Positions 54,525-63,509 of a DNA stretch of 64,000 nucleotides are shown here, piece after piece (within the stretch, counting starts at the first letter, position 1; each line of letters starts with the position of its first letter). The DNA is from a virus (lineage: Duplodnaviria > Caudoviricetes): IMG/VR virus record IMGVR_UViG_3300025018_000091. One strand, given 5' to 3'. The position numbers and the translations under genes are program-made. Under the pieces are notes generated by a model. It did not search any database. It had not been told where the DNA came from and worked only from the letters and a program-made list of their open reading frames with translations.

Positions 54525-55362
54525 CTGTATGCCTAACTCTAGCGACTCCATCTAATAGATTTTGTTTGGCGCTATATGGTCGCAAGTTTTCTAATGCCCA
54601 ACATTTATTAAATTCTTCATCTTTCATATCAGAATATGAAAAATTAGATTGAGGAATAATATGATCTAAACTCCAAGTCCACGTATTCTGATTATTATCA
54701 TCCCAGACTTTAGAATTATAATTTCCATAATTATCCCACGTCATCCATGATTCAAATTGTTTTTCAAGATGTTCTTTTAATTCTACAATTGAATATTTCA
54801 AATTATCTAAACAACTTTTATAATCTTTTGAAGACCCATTCTTTTTAAATTGTGATCGTATTGCTCGACTAATATTCATTCGTAATCTATAACAAAAATC
54901 AATTTTACGCCTATTTTTACTATAAATACACTGTCTATTCAATATTTTCTCTTTATTCTTTAAATAATATTTTCTTTTACGTTCTGCAATTTTTTCCTTG
55001 TTATCAATATCATATTGTTTTTGATATTCTAATATCAATTCTTTGTTTTCCGGATCGCTACGATATGCTTTTGTATTTGATAATAAAACGCATCTATTTT
55101 CTATATAAAATTTCTTATTATGCTCGCTAATTTTTTCTTTATTATTTGAACGATAATTTTTGTGAATTTCATTCATTTTATCTTTATTACGCTCATAATA
55201 TATTTTATTATACTTCTTCTTTTGTTTAGAGATTTTTTTGCTATTATTATTTTGATAATTTTTTACATCAGAACAAATGCAAATCTTACAAACATTTCTT
55301 CCTTTATAAAATTCATCTAAATTTTTAGAAAGATTACATTTTTTACATTTTTTGGTTGCCAT
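54517..55362 (-). CDS. HNH-type endonuclease (paralog of 53341..53983)
   Basis: CKKC, CKIC, HLEKQF, WDNYG, LDHIIP, NLRPY. Confidence 0.85.
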   Translation of the reverse strand: MATKKCKKCNLSKNLDEFYKGRNVCKICICSDVKNYQNNNSKKISKQKKKYNKIYYERNKDKMNEIHKNYRSNNKEKISEHNKKFYIENRCVLLSNTKAYRSDPENKELILEYQKQYDIDNKEKIAERKRKYYLKNKEKILNRQCIYSKNRRKIDFCYRLRMNISRAIRSQFKKNGSSKDYKSCLDNLKYSIVELKEHLEKQFESWMTWDNYGNYNSKVWDDNNQNTWTWSLDHIIPQSNFSYSDMKDEEFNKCWALENLRPYSAKQNLLDGVARVRHTDE

Positions 55363-55475
55363 ATTATAATGGCAAATTATTGCCTATTTTTGAATTTACT
55401 TTTCATACTAAACATCGCCTGTCACACTTACTATAACCGCCACAACGGGTGTTTTAATAAAGAATATGCGCCAAA

Positions 55476-55859
55476 TTAAGTATCTTCGTGCATATTCATA
55501 GATAATGAGAATCCATAGACCCTATCCCAATGAGATTTCTCCCATCGCATAAGACCTACATTTGGATTTTTAACCGATACACCAAACCAAGCATCATTAT
55601 TCTCAGTTCTAATAAAGATTGAATAAATATTAGGACCATAATAGTTAGCATACTCAGGCTTAGCGCGTAATAATAGAATTCGAACAATCGCAGCAGGATC
55701 GTCGAAAATTAATGGGGCATTGTTGATCTGACAAAACTTCTCGATAGGAATCTTCTCAGTAATTTCATCTTCTTCCTCAACAAATACAATTTCTTCATCT
55801 TGTATTATTCCTTCGGTTTTATCAGAAGTTCTTTCGCTTTCTATTTTAGAATAACGCAT
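55476..55859 (-). CDS. Hypothetical protein
   Basis: SD GGAGG before MRYSK. Confidence 0.6.
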   Translation of the reverse strand: MRYSKIESERTSDKTEGIIQDEEIVFVEEEDEITEKIPIEKFCQINNAPLIFDDPAAIVRILLLRAKPEYANYYGPNIYSIFIRTENNDAWFGVSVKNPNVGLMRWEKSHWDRVYGFSLSMNMHEDT

Positions 55860-55939
55860 GTGAACCTCCAACAAGATACAAAAAATTGCCTACATTTTAA
55901 GGGTTATTTGTGACTATTGTTTGCTACGCGTCCGACACA

Positions 55940-57814
55940 TTATTGAACCTTATCTAAGAACTCATCCTCAGAAATAAGCACTGTCCCCATTTTTCTTGCT
56001 GCAACTGCCTTAGAACTTGTACTATTAGGATCTGCAATAACAAGATAGGTTAATCCTTTACCAACAGATGATTTGATTTCGGCACCAGCATCTGCCGCCA
56101 TCTTCTCAAGAACAGGACGCTTATTCTTCATAGCACCAGTAAAACAAACGGATGAGCCGCTCATCTTACCAATAACCTTCGCTTTCAACTTAACTCCATT
56201 ATCAAGTAAGTCAAGGATTACTTTTTGATTTTGAACCAAGCCATTAGCTAGAGACGTGGCTTTGCTCGGACCAACACCAGGAACCATCTCAAACTCAGTA
56301 GCTCCAAGCTGCCCAAATTTTTCCAGTGTATCACAGCCAGCGTTCATAATCTGACGAATAGTTGTCGATCCAATCATAGGAATGCTAAGCCCTCCGATGA
56401 AAACGTCCAAACTAACTTCGCTATTCTTCCAAAGACTTTCAAAACAATTTTTCGCAGATTTCTTTCCCATTCTGTCAATAGAAGCAAGATCATCAACAGA
56501 TAAAGTATATAAATCAGCAACAGTTGAAATTTTGCCAGCTTCAACTAATTTTTCAATTAAAGTATCTCCCCACTCTAAAATGTTGAGATCACTAACCCAA
56601 TTCTTAATTCTGCCAACAACTTGTGCCGGACATTTCTCTGTATTGGTGCAGTTAAGATTCTCTCCAACCATAACCAATGTTCCACCACAAGACGGACAAC
56701 TTACTGGAGGTTCGGCAACCTTACCTGTTCCCTTAACTAACTCTTCAATTCTCGGAATAACATCGTTAGCTCTTGCAACAAGTACAGTCGCCCCAATATC
56801 TAGCCCTAAATCTTCAATATAAGACATATTATAGATACTTGCTCGTGTAACTGTAGCTCCAACAAGTGAAACTGGATCAACTACTGCCACCGGGGTTAGA
56901 CGACCACTATTACCAACTTGCCAGATAATATCTCGAATAACAGACTCACGAGTCTCATTATCAAACTTAAATGCAATAGCGCCCAACGGTCGCATGTCCT
57001 TGTCACCCAAAGACATTTGTTTAGCCATGTCATTGATATGAATTACTAATCCATCAATGTCATAGTCAAGTTTGTCACGATCAACATCTTGATAATTTCT
57101 CCAGTGCAAGTTGACCTCAGAGGCATTATTAAACACCCAGTAGTCAGGAATGATGAGTCCAAGAGACTTAAGCCACTCGAACTGTTCAACCTCTGTATTG
57201 AAGTCAACATCACCTAAAGCCTGGTAAAACATGATAGAAAGATGTTCGGAACCAACGCCATCCAATCTTTTAGAGACTCCCGATGCGGCATTACGAGGAT
57301 TGGCTTTATCAGAAAAATGTTTCTTATGCTTAGACTTCAGCATAATAATCTCGCCACGAATCGAACCATTAAAGGCTTTTGATAGCTGAGACTTAACTCC
57401 ATCCATCTTTCTGACATTGACTGTGATATCTTCGCCAATATCACCATCTCCGCGAGTAATGGCTTGAATCAATACACCATCTTCATAGATCAACTCAATG
57501 GATATCCCGTCCAATTTTTGTGTAACAAACAGAACTTCTGATAAAGCATTATCATCTGTCCACTTAGAAAACTCTGTTGGAGTATTAATCTTGTTCAAAG
57601 ATCCCATCGGAATCTGATGCTTAGCTTTTGTCCAAGCTGAATTTACTGGAGCACCAACCGCTGTTAAAGCTTTATTTGTGGGATCCAATAGGCGCAACTC
57701 ATCACACCAAGCATCATAAACTTTATCTGATACTTTAACTTGACCGTTGTAATAATCAAGGCGCGCCTGATTGATCTGAACTACTAAATCATCAATACGA
57801 TTCATTACCTTCAT
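55940..57814 (-). CDS. ligA: NAD-dependent DNA ligase
   Basis: KLDG, RGE, NPRNAASG, DIDG, AFKF, GRLTPV, Zn finger, HhH, BRCT. Confidence 0.97.
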   Translation of the reverse strand: MKVMNRIDDLVVQINQARLDYYNGQVKVSDKVYDAWCDELRLLDPTNKALTAVGAPVNSAWTKAKHQIPMGSLNKINTPTEFSKWTDDNALSEVLFVTQKLDGISIELIYEDGVLIQAITRGDGDIGEDITVNVRKMDGVKSQLSKAFNGSIRGEIIMLKSKHKKHFSDKANPRNAASGVSKRLDGVGSEHLSIMFYQALGDVDFNTEVEQFEWLKSLGLIIPDYWVFNNASEVNLHWRNYQDVDRDKLDYDIDGLVIHINDMAKQMSLGDKDMRPLGAIAFKFDNETRESVIRDIIWQVGNSGRLTPVAVVDPVSLVGATVTRASIYNMSYIEDLGLDIGATVLVARANDVIPRIEELVKGTGKVAEPPVSCPSCGGTLVMVGENLNCTNTEKCPAQVVGRIKNWVSDLNILEWGDTLIEKLVEAGKISTVADLYTLSVDDLASIDRMGKKSAKNCFESLWKNSEVSLDVFIGGLSIPMIGSTTIRQIMNAGCDTLEKFGQLGATEFEMVPGVGPSKATSLANGLVQNQKVILDLLDNGVKLKAKVIGKMSGSSVCFTGAMKNKRPVLEKMAADAGAEIKSSVGKGLTYLVIADPNSTSSKAVAARKMGTVLISEDEFLDKVQ

Positions 57815-57848
57815 CTTTCTGTAATAGTTATACACCACACCTAACTAC

Positions 57849-57876
57849 AATATAAGGCGCGGAAATAGCGTGTCAA
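57849..57876 (-). promoter_or_regulatory. Promoter TTGACA-N16-TATATT upstream of ligA
   Basis: Intergenic, conserved spacing. Confidence 0.75.
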
Positions 57877-57895
57877 GTAGCACGAATTTTTTAAA

Positions 57896-58192
57896 TTAAG
57901 CTTTTGTTAGGGCTTGAAGAAACTCAAAAGTTCTTTTAGCTGAACCTTCATCATACTGCCATTTGATCTTAGTAAGTTTTTTGCATTCATCTTTGAAATG
58001 AATTCTAAATGCTGGATTAAAAAGCATGTTATCGCTTTTTGCAACCTTAATAGATTTTCCGCAATGAATACAAACACACTCATATTTGGCAGTATCATAC
58101 TTACTTAATTGTAATCTAGATATTGCAAACAAATGACCATTATATTCATTCTTTTGAATTTCATTTGTTTCATTTGTTCTATATGGATTCAT
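57896..58192 (-). CDS. Hypothetical protein
   Basis: CVCIHCG motif. Confidence 0.55.
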   Translation of the reverse strand: MNPYRTNETNEIQKNEYNGHLFAISRLQLSKYDTAKYECVCIHCGKSIKVAKSDNMLFNPAFRIHFKDECKKLTKIKWQYDEGSAKRTFEFLQALTKA

Positions 58193-58193
58193 A

Positions 58194-58751
58194 TCAAGAC
58201 TTCTTTGGTTTTCTCTGTTTTACTAAATAAAATGGCGGCGATACAGCAGTGCTAAACTCGCTAGCCGCCTCTAACGCCATAACAATTCTTTTTTCTGCAC
58301 TTTTGCCGACAGTAGAGAACAAAGATCCTAATGCAAGGTCTGTTCCACATCCAATTGCATAATAAGGAGTAGATGGAAGTCCAACTTGGAAATCTGAATC
58401 TACTACATATAAAATACCCTTGTATCCTACTAAAAATACACCACCATCAGCATCATCTTCTTTATCAAATGCAAACCCATTCATATTAAAACATGTTCTT
58501 ACATTATCAATAAATGATGTTGTCATGTATTCTAAGTCATCTTCTACTTCTTGTAGAGGTGGAACGAATTTATAATGAAGTAATTGCCCCATACGAAAAG
58601 AGTTTGTAAAACCCATAATAAAAGGACCGTTCTGAAAAACTTTCTTATCTTCTCTGACGCAGATAGAAGTGCCTGCTGATGCCGCACTATCTCCACCAAT
58701 ATAAACAGTTCCTTTATCAACCAACCCAACAATACAGGTTAAATTTTTCAT
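58194..58751 (-). CDS. HslV/proteasome-beta-like Ntn hydrolase
   Basis: TCIVG...IGGDS, K, AIGCG..ALGSL. Confidence 0.8.
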   Translation of the reverse strand: MKNLTCIVGLVDKGTVYIGGDSAASAGTSICVREDKKVFQNGPFIMGFTNSFRMGQLLHYKFVPPLQEVEDDLEYMTTSFIDNVRTCFNMNGFAFDKEDDADGGVFLVGYKGILYVVDSDFQVGLPSTPYYAIGCGTDLALGSLFSTVGKSAEKRIVMALEAASEFSTAVSPPFYLVKQRKPKKS

Positions 58752-58762
58752 GCTACACCTAA

Positions 58763-59395
58763 CTAAGATGACTCGTTAAGTTCCGTCATCTCTATAATAG
58801 CACTATATCGTTCAACCAGTCTTCTTATCTCATCTCTAATAAAAGTAATTTGTTTTAGATATATTTCAGGGCAAATTTTTAATAAACGATCAAATAAATC
58901 AAAATAATGTTCTTTTGTATCATCTATTTGTTTCTTTTGAAATTTTTGACTAGTACCCTTAACTATTAATGATCTGAGATTATCTAACCTATCACATGCT
59001 TTAATTGTAAGAACTTTCCAGTCTGTGCATGTCATAAGCCTATCGTTATAGCCTTCTTTTGGATTTTTACTTAAAAGTTGAACCATTCTAGCAACTTCTT
59101 TTCCAAAAGAATGTTCCAGTAATTCTGGAGTTAAATCATCAGTATCTTCAACTGCATCATGTAATAGACACGTAATAATCATATCACGGTCCATTATTCT
59201 CATATCATCCATTAAAACTAATGCTGTGCGTCTGACATGTTCAAAATAGCGTAAAGGCTTTCCATCCACCTCTTCCTTTCTAAATTGAGCGCGATGACCA
59301 AACTTAGCCAATACATAGGCTAATTTGATATCAAGCTGGTCAGACGGGGAAAAATATGGACGAATTCTATTTTGAAATGTTTCTTTGTTTTCCAT
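58763..59395 (-). CDS. SpoT/Mesh1-type HD hydrolase (small alarmone hydrolase-like)
   Basis: AKFGHRAQFR, YFEH, LLHDAVEDT, IKACDRLDNLR. Confidence 0.88.
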   Translation of the reverse strand: MENKETFQNRIRPYFSPSDQLDIKLAYVLAKFGHRAQFRKEEVDGKPLRYFEHVRRTALVLMDDMRIMDRDMIITCLLHDAVEDTDDLTPELLEHSFGKEVARMVQLLSKNPKEGYNDRLMTCTDWKVLTIKACDRLDNLRSLIVKGTSQKFQKKQIDDTKEHYFDLFDRLLKICPEIYLKQITFIRDEIRRLVERYSAIIEMTELNESS

Positions 59396-59397
59396 AA

Positions 59398-59916
59398 TTA
59401 TCTTTTCTTAGGAACATATAGTCCTGATGAAATTTCCTTTAATACTTTATTCGGCGCATTAAAGTAAATTAATATCTCTTTAATGAAATCATAAAATGGA
59501 TATACTTGTCCGCGCCTAATAGTTAGTATTGAAAATGCATTAATTGGATCATACCCTTTAGATAACATATATGCATATACAATACTTGGAGACCTACTTA
59601 CCCCAGCAAAACAATGAACATACACTTTTCCTTTAGAAATATTGCTATCAATAAATGACAAAACTTCTGGAAGGATATTACAAATACAATTACTTGAACC
59701 ATCATCAATTGATATTGTTTTATGATTAATACCAATTAAATTAAGATTCGGCAATTCTATATCAGTAACATCATTAAATTCAGTCTTATCATTATCACTT
59801 AGAAAGAACTCAGAACCAACTGATAGACATGCGGAAAATCCAGAATTAACTCCATCTTTTATATCCTGGACTTCCGTAAAACTGCCTAAATATAAGTTAT
59901 CGATAATCTCTTGCAT
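59398..59916 (-). CDS. Dual-specificity protein phosphatase
   Basis: NLYLG, IDD, VHCFAGVSRS. Confidence 0.93.
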   Translation of the reverse strand: MQEIIDNLYLGSFTEVQDIKDGVNSGFSACLSVGSEFFLSDNDKTEFNDVTDIELPNLNLIGINHKTISIDDGSSNCICNILPEVLSFIDSNISKGKVYVHCFAGVSRSPSIVYAYMLSKGYDPINAFSILTIRRGQVYPFYDFIKEILIYFNAPNKVLKEISSGLYVPKKR

Positions 59917-60668
59917 TAAAAGACCAACTTTTCAATATAATTTCTATCTGAAGAGAATACTGGTATTTCATTATCAACAACCCATTCAGATCGTTCTACA
60001 ACTTCTTTTTCTCCAGTAAAATGATTAGTTGAATCTTTCATGGTCTTAGTTTTTACAATACAACGACCTCTCTTTTGAGTAGTCGGGCAATTGTTCCAGT
60101 TAAATCCCTTTTGAAAGCACATTTCTTGCAAGGCTGAATTATTTTTATTATTGCATTCCTTGTGAGAATATAGGGAACGAGCCAGCATCTGAACTGAATT
60201 TCTAGTTGCATCCTGTTGTCTCCAGATAAAGTAATTGCACACCTCTTCCTTTGGCAAAACAAATGCTCGGCTATCAAATACTGCTAGCTTATAAACTCCA
60301 AAGAGTTTATGAGACACACCAGTCATCACAGCAGATGCCATTCCAGCCGAAACACTAACCATTTTTTGAAGATTATTATCAAACCACGATTGTGTTTCAA
60401 GTGTAGTGTAATTATTCAGAAGCAATGAAATCTCATCAGATTGAACATATGCTAACTGACATCCCTGAACATTGCTACACAAATAGGTAGCTACATCATT
60501 AATACAATCAATTAGATCTTGATCGAAAGGTTTTTCACAACCTTTAGTGTAGGAATGAAATGCTTTGCCGTCAACCCTAATTATGACAGGCATTCTAATC
60601 GGCAATTTAAGACGATATGCGTCCTCATAAATCTTCATTCGGTCGCCAAGAGAATCTTTAGTGCTCAT
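59916..60668 (-). CDS. thg1: tRNA-His guanylyltransferase (Thg1-like)
   Basis: IIRVDGKAFH, QSDEIS, FDSR, WRQQDATRNS, KRG. Confidence 0.95.
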   Translation of the reverse strand: MSTKDSLGDRMKIYEDAYRLKLPIRMPVIIRVDGKAFHSYTKGCEKPFDQDLIDCINDVATYLCSNVQGCQLAYVQSDEISLLLNNYTTLETQSWFDNNLQKMVSVSAGMASAVMTGVSHKLFGVYKLAVFDSRAFVLPKEEVCNYFIWRQQDATRNSVQMLARSLYSHKECNNKNNSALQEMCFQKGFNWNNCPTTQKRGRCIVKTKTMKDSTNHFTGEKEVVERSEWVVDNEIPVFSSDRNYIEKLVF

Positions 60669-60674
60669 TGTAAT

Positions 60675-61211
60675 TCATCCATGTGAAATTTCTGAGTAAA
60701 CATTTGCTTCTTTACTAAACAAGAAAATCTTTAATTTATTTTTATCCATCAAGATATCTTCGAAAGATACTGGATCTGATTCTCTTTCTTCAATTTCTTC
60801 TGATTCATAATCTTCATAACCACATTCACCATAGTACCCATTATCTATCGGATAAGAATACTCGGGAGAAAAGAATGTGTTTGCTTTTTGACCATCTGAA
60901 TATGTAAATCTAATATTATAAACGATTTTTTTGGCGCCTGTCTGTTCTTTTAGAACGGACTCAAACCTTTCTTTTATTTCTTCGTCGCCATGAACCATTA
61001 TATGTGCAGCAACATAATTTATTTTAACAAGTGAATTATCTAAATAAATTTCAGTAGAAGCAAAATCTCCACCATTTAGTACAAGATTTCCATTATTATC
61101 TAATTTGATCGTATCAAAATCCTCTGTTTCCACAAAAGGATAATGCATTGTGACGCTATGAGAACTAGAACTATTAGTCTCAAAAACATTTTTTCTAATA
61201 TTAATTGTCAT
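60675..61211 (-). CDS. FETNSSSSH-motif protein, copy 3
   Basis: MTINIRKNVFETNSSSSHS. Confidence 0.8.
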   Translation of the reverse strand: MTINIRKNVFETNSSSSHSVTMHYPFVETEDFDTIKLDNNGNLVLNGGDFASTEIYLDNSLVKINYVAAHIMVHGDEEIKERFESVLKEQTGAKKIVYNIRFTYSDGQKANTFFSPEYSYPIDNGYYGECGYEDYESEEIEERESDPVSFEDILMDKNKLKIFLFSKEANVYSEISHG

Positions 61212-61212
61212 A

Positions 61213-61362
61213 TCAAATCCACTTAATTTCTGAATCAATGCTTGAAGAATTTAGAAATAAAAATTTCTTTAATCTATCATCATTAGAACCACTATAATTC
61301 AAAGTGATACTATGGCTGCTTGAACTGTTTGTTTCGAATACATTTCTTCTAATATTAATCAT
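61213..61362 (-). CDS. FETNSSSSH-motif mini-protein (49 aa), copy 2
   Basis: MINIRRNVFETNSSSSHS...KKFLF...; keeps only the two termini. Confidence 0.7.
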   Translation of the reverse strand: MINIRRNVFETNSSSSHSITLNYSGSNDDRLKKFLFLNSSSIDSEIKWI

Positions 61363-61375
61363 AATAATGTCTTTC

Positions 61376-61858
61376 TTAGCAGTAGATTTCCCCACCCTCA
61401 ATCTTGTTGTCCCTTCCAAAAATAAATTTGGCAAGTCTCTTTTTATTATTTAAAATATCAGTGAATGAAAGTTCATCATCATTTTCATTATACCAATAAA
61501 CACCTTCAATGTCTGGACAATAGAAAGTGTTGGCTTTTTCGCCATTAAGTTGTTTGAAAAATCTAATGTCGTAAGATATTCTCTTTGCTCCAGTATACTC
61601 TTTAAGAACAGACTCAAATCTTTCCATAAGCTTATCATCGCCATGAACACGAATGTAAGTTGCAATTAATGCTGCTTTTGATTGTGCTCCCGCAATTTCA
61701 AATTCAATTCCAGTAAAATCTTCACCAGCAATCAAAAGCATTCCGTTCTCATCAGGAAGTAATTTATCATCTAAATCACAATCTTCATTAAATGTAATTG
61801 AAATTGTATGAGAACTTGAACTATTTGTTTCGAATACGCCTCGTCTAATATTAATCAT
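61376..61858 (-). CDS. FETNSSSSH-motif protein, copy 1
   Basis: MINIRRGVFETNSSSSHT; shares ERFESVLKE.TGAK with copy 3. Confidence 0.8.
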   Translation of the reverse strand: MINIRRGVFETNSSSSHTISITFNEDCDLDDKLLPDENGMLLIAGEDFTGIEFEIAGAQSKAALIATYIRVHGDDKLMERFESVLKEYTGAKRISYDIRFFKQLNGEKANTFYCPDIEGVYWYNENDDELSFTDILNNKKRLAKFIFGRDNKIEGGEIYC

Positions 61859-62727
61859 AATCTATCTCCATATTTTTTGTAATAATCTAATAAAAATTGA
61901 CCACAACTGGAGCCAACATCACTACCAGGCGGTTCATAATATTCGTTTTCTATACCGTTATCTGTCAAAATCTTTCTAAACTCAGACACTCTATTTGATG
62001 CTTGAATTTTATAATCTTTCTCACTTAACTTTAATATTTTTACATTGAAGCCAGTACCTTTTAATAATTCTGATAACTCTTTTGCGTCTATATCTTTATC
62101 ATTAAGAAGGTCCATTAATGAATAATGGATTTCTACAGCATTATTAGTTTCTTCTTTATATGCTTTCAATAGTTCTATCGACTCTATGTGAGGCAACGCT
62201 GCAGGCATTAATTGCTTTCTTATAGCAGGATCTATTGTGTGTAGCGAATAATGGAATTTAACTAATTGTTGAAGATTGTTAGCAATAACTAAATCTTTAA
62301 ACTTTATGAAACTATGTTTAGATGGAATTAATGAAGCCACTGCGAAACGTACTAAGTTATAATCATCACAAAAGTACAAATCAGACAAAGACGCCATGGT
62401 TTTAATAACCTTTTCGGTACTTAGCAAAGGCTCTCCACATCCCATAAAAGAAATTAAAAGAATCTTATTGTCATCATGAAATGTAGTGACAGAATATTTA
62501 ATACCATCAATCATCTCATCGGGTCGCAAATTCCTTACCGGAAGGTCTAATCCAGTTAAAAAGCAAAACTTACATCCTAAATTGCATGCAGTTTGAGTTG
62601 GAACAACGACAATATCTTTCCCGTCTCCCTTGTTGATGTAAGAAAATTCTAATACATCATCTTGAGATAAGAAGACTTGTTTAACTGTTTTATCTATTCT
62701 TGAACGCAAAGTTTCAACTAATTTCAT
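61855..62727 (-). CDS. RlmN/Cfr-like radical SAM protein
   Basis: CNLGCKFC, FMGCGEPL, SLH, C-terminal GSDVGSSCGQ. Confidence 0.88.
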   Translation of the reverse strand: MKLVETLRSRIDKTVKQVFLSQDDVLEFSYINKGDGKDIVVVPTQTACNLGCKFCFLTGLDLPVRNLRPDEMIDGIKYSVTTFHDDNKILLISFMGCGEPLLSTEKVIKTMASLSDLYFCDDYNLVRFAVASLIPSKHSFIKFKDLVIANNLQQLVKFHYSLHTIDPAIRKQLMPAALPHIESIELLKAYKEETNNAVEIHYSLMDLLNDKDIDAKELSELLKGTGFNVKILKLSEKDYKIQASNRVSEFRKILTDNGIENEYYEPPGSDVGSSCGQFLLDYYKKYGDRL

Positions 62728-63002
62728 TCATCAACCTCATCTATCTCTTCTATTTCAATCTCACAATCTGGAATCCAACCTTCCCAAGCGTTAGACCAAA
62801 TGTTATCTTGAAACTTATTTATTCTGAAATAAGTCATGGGCTCGCCCGGAATAAATCCGTCGCCCTTTAATGTCTCATTGATTTTGTGATTCAAGGCTTC
62901 TATTCTAATTTCGTCGTTCTCAAATCTAAAAAATCGTTCTTTGGTTCGCTTCGAAGCGTTATCCATATCAATATATACAATAACATATTTTTTCTCAGAC
63001 AT
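62724..63002 (-). CDS. Hypothetical protein
   Basis: Co-oriented ORF. Confidence 0.55.
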   Translation of the reverse strand: MSEKKYVIVYIDMDNASKRTKERFFRFENDEIRIEALNHKINETLKGDGFIPGEPMTYFRINKFQDNIWSNAWEGWIPDCEIEIEEIDEVDE

Positions 63003-63470
63003 TTACTTTAGCACCTGAAGTCTTTTAATTACACGAGGAGCGTTGCTCTTCCTCATTGGAATCAAACCAATAACCGTTTCAGAACCGGGCTCAATCTCAG
63101 TTAACCCAGCATCTATTACAGTAACTCTATTTGATTCTACAATTTGATCTTTAATCTTCTTCCACTCTTTGTCATCCGCTTTAAGAACAACCTTGCGGAA
63201 AGATCCATCCAACCAAGCTTGGAATAAATCAGCATCTTCCTGGCTGAAAGGCATTGGGTGGTGAGCTAAGTCCATATCTATAAATAGATAATCGAAATAC
63301 TTGATTAACAGCATTTGTGCAGCATGAGCACATTGAGCCGCAGTCTTACCAATACTCATATTTAATGACTCTCTAACAATCAAATACATGATGATAGGGT
63401 CTTCTTGATTTGCTCGTGCAGCTATAGCCTCTGGCGAATTATGATCTGTCATACCAGACAACTTAACCAT
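63003..63470 (-). CDS. pth2: Peptidyl-tRNA hydrolase type 2
   Basis: MSIGKTAAQCAHA, KVVLK, DAGLTEI..GSETV. Confidence 0.93.
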   Translation of the reverse strand: MVKLSGMTDHNSPEAIAARANQEDPIIMYLIVRESLNMSIGKTAAQCAHAAQMLLIKYFDYLFIDMDLAHHPMPFSQEDADLFQAWLDGSFRKVVLKADDKEWKKIKDQIVESNRVTVIDAGLTEIEPGSETVIGLIPMRKSNAPRVIKRLQVLK

Positions 63471-63509
63471 TATACCACCTGACGTCAACCCATGGCGTAA
63501 TTTTAAAAA

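Noticed and set aside
17721-56822. Longer antisense or alternate-frame ORFs (17721..18227, 31707..32372, 48896..49225, 56382..56822 and similar)
   Set aside because: Shadows of well-supported genes, without SD or recognisable motifs.
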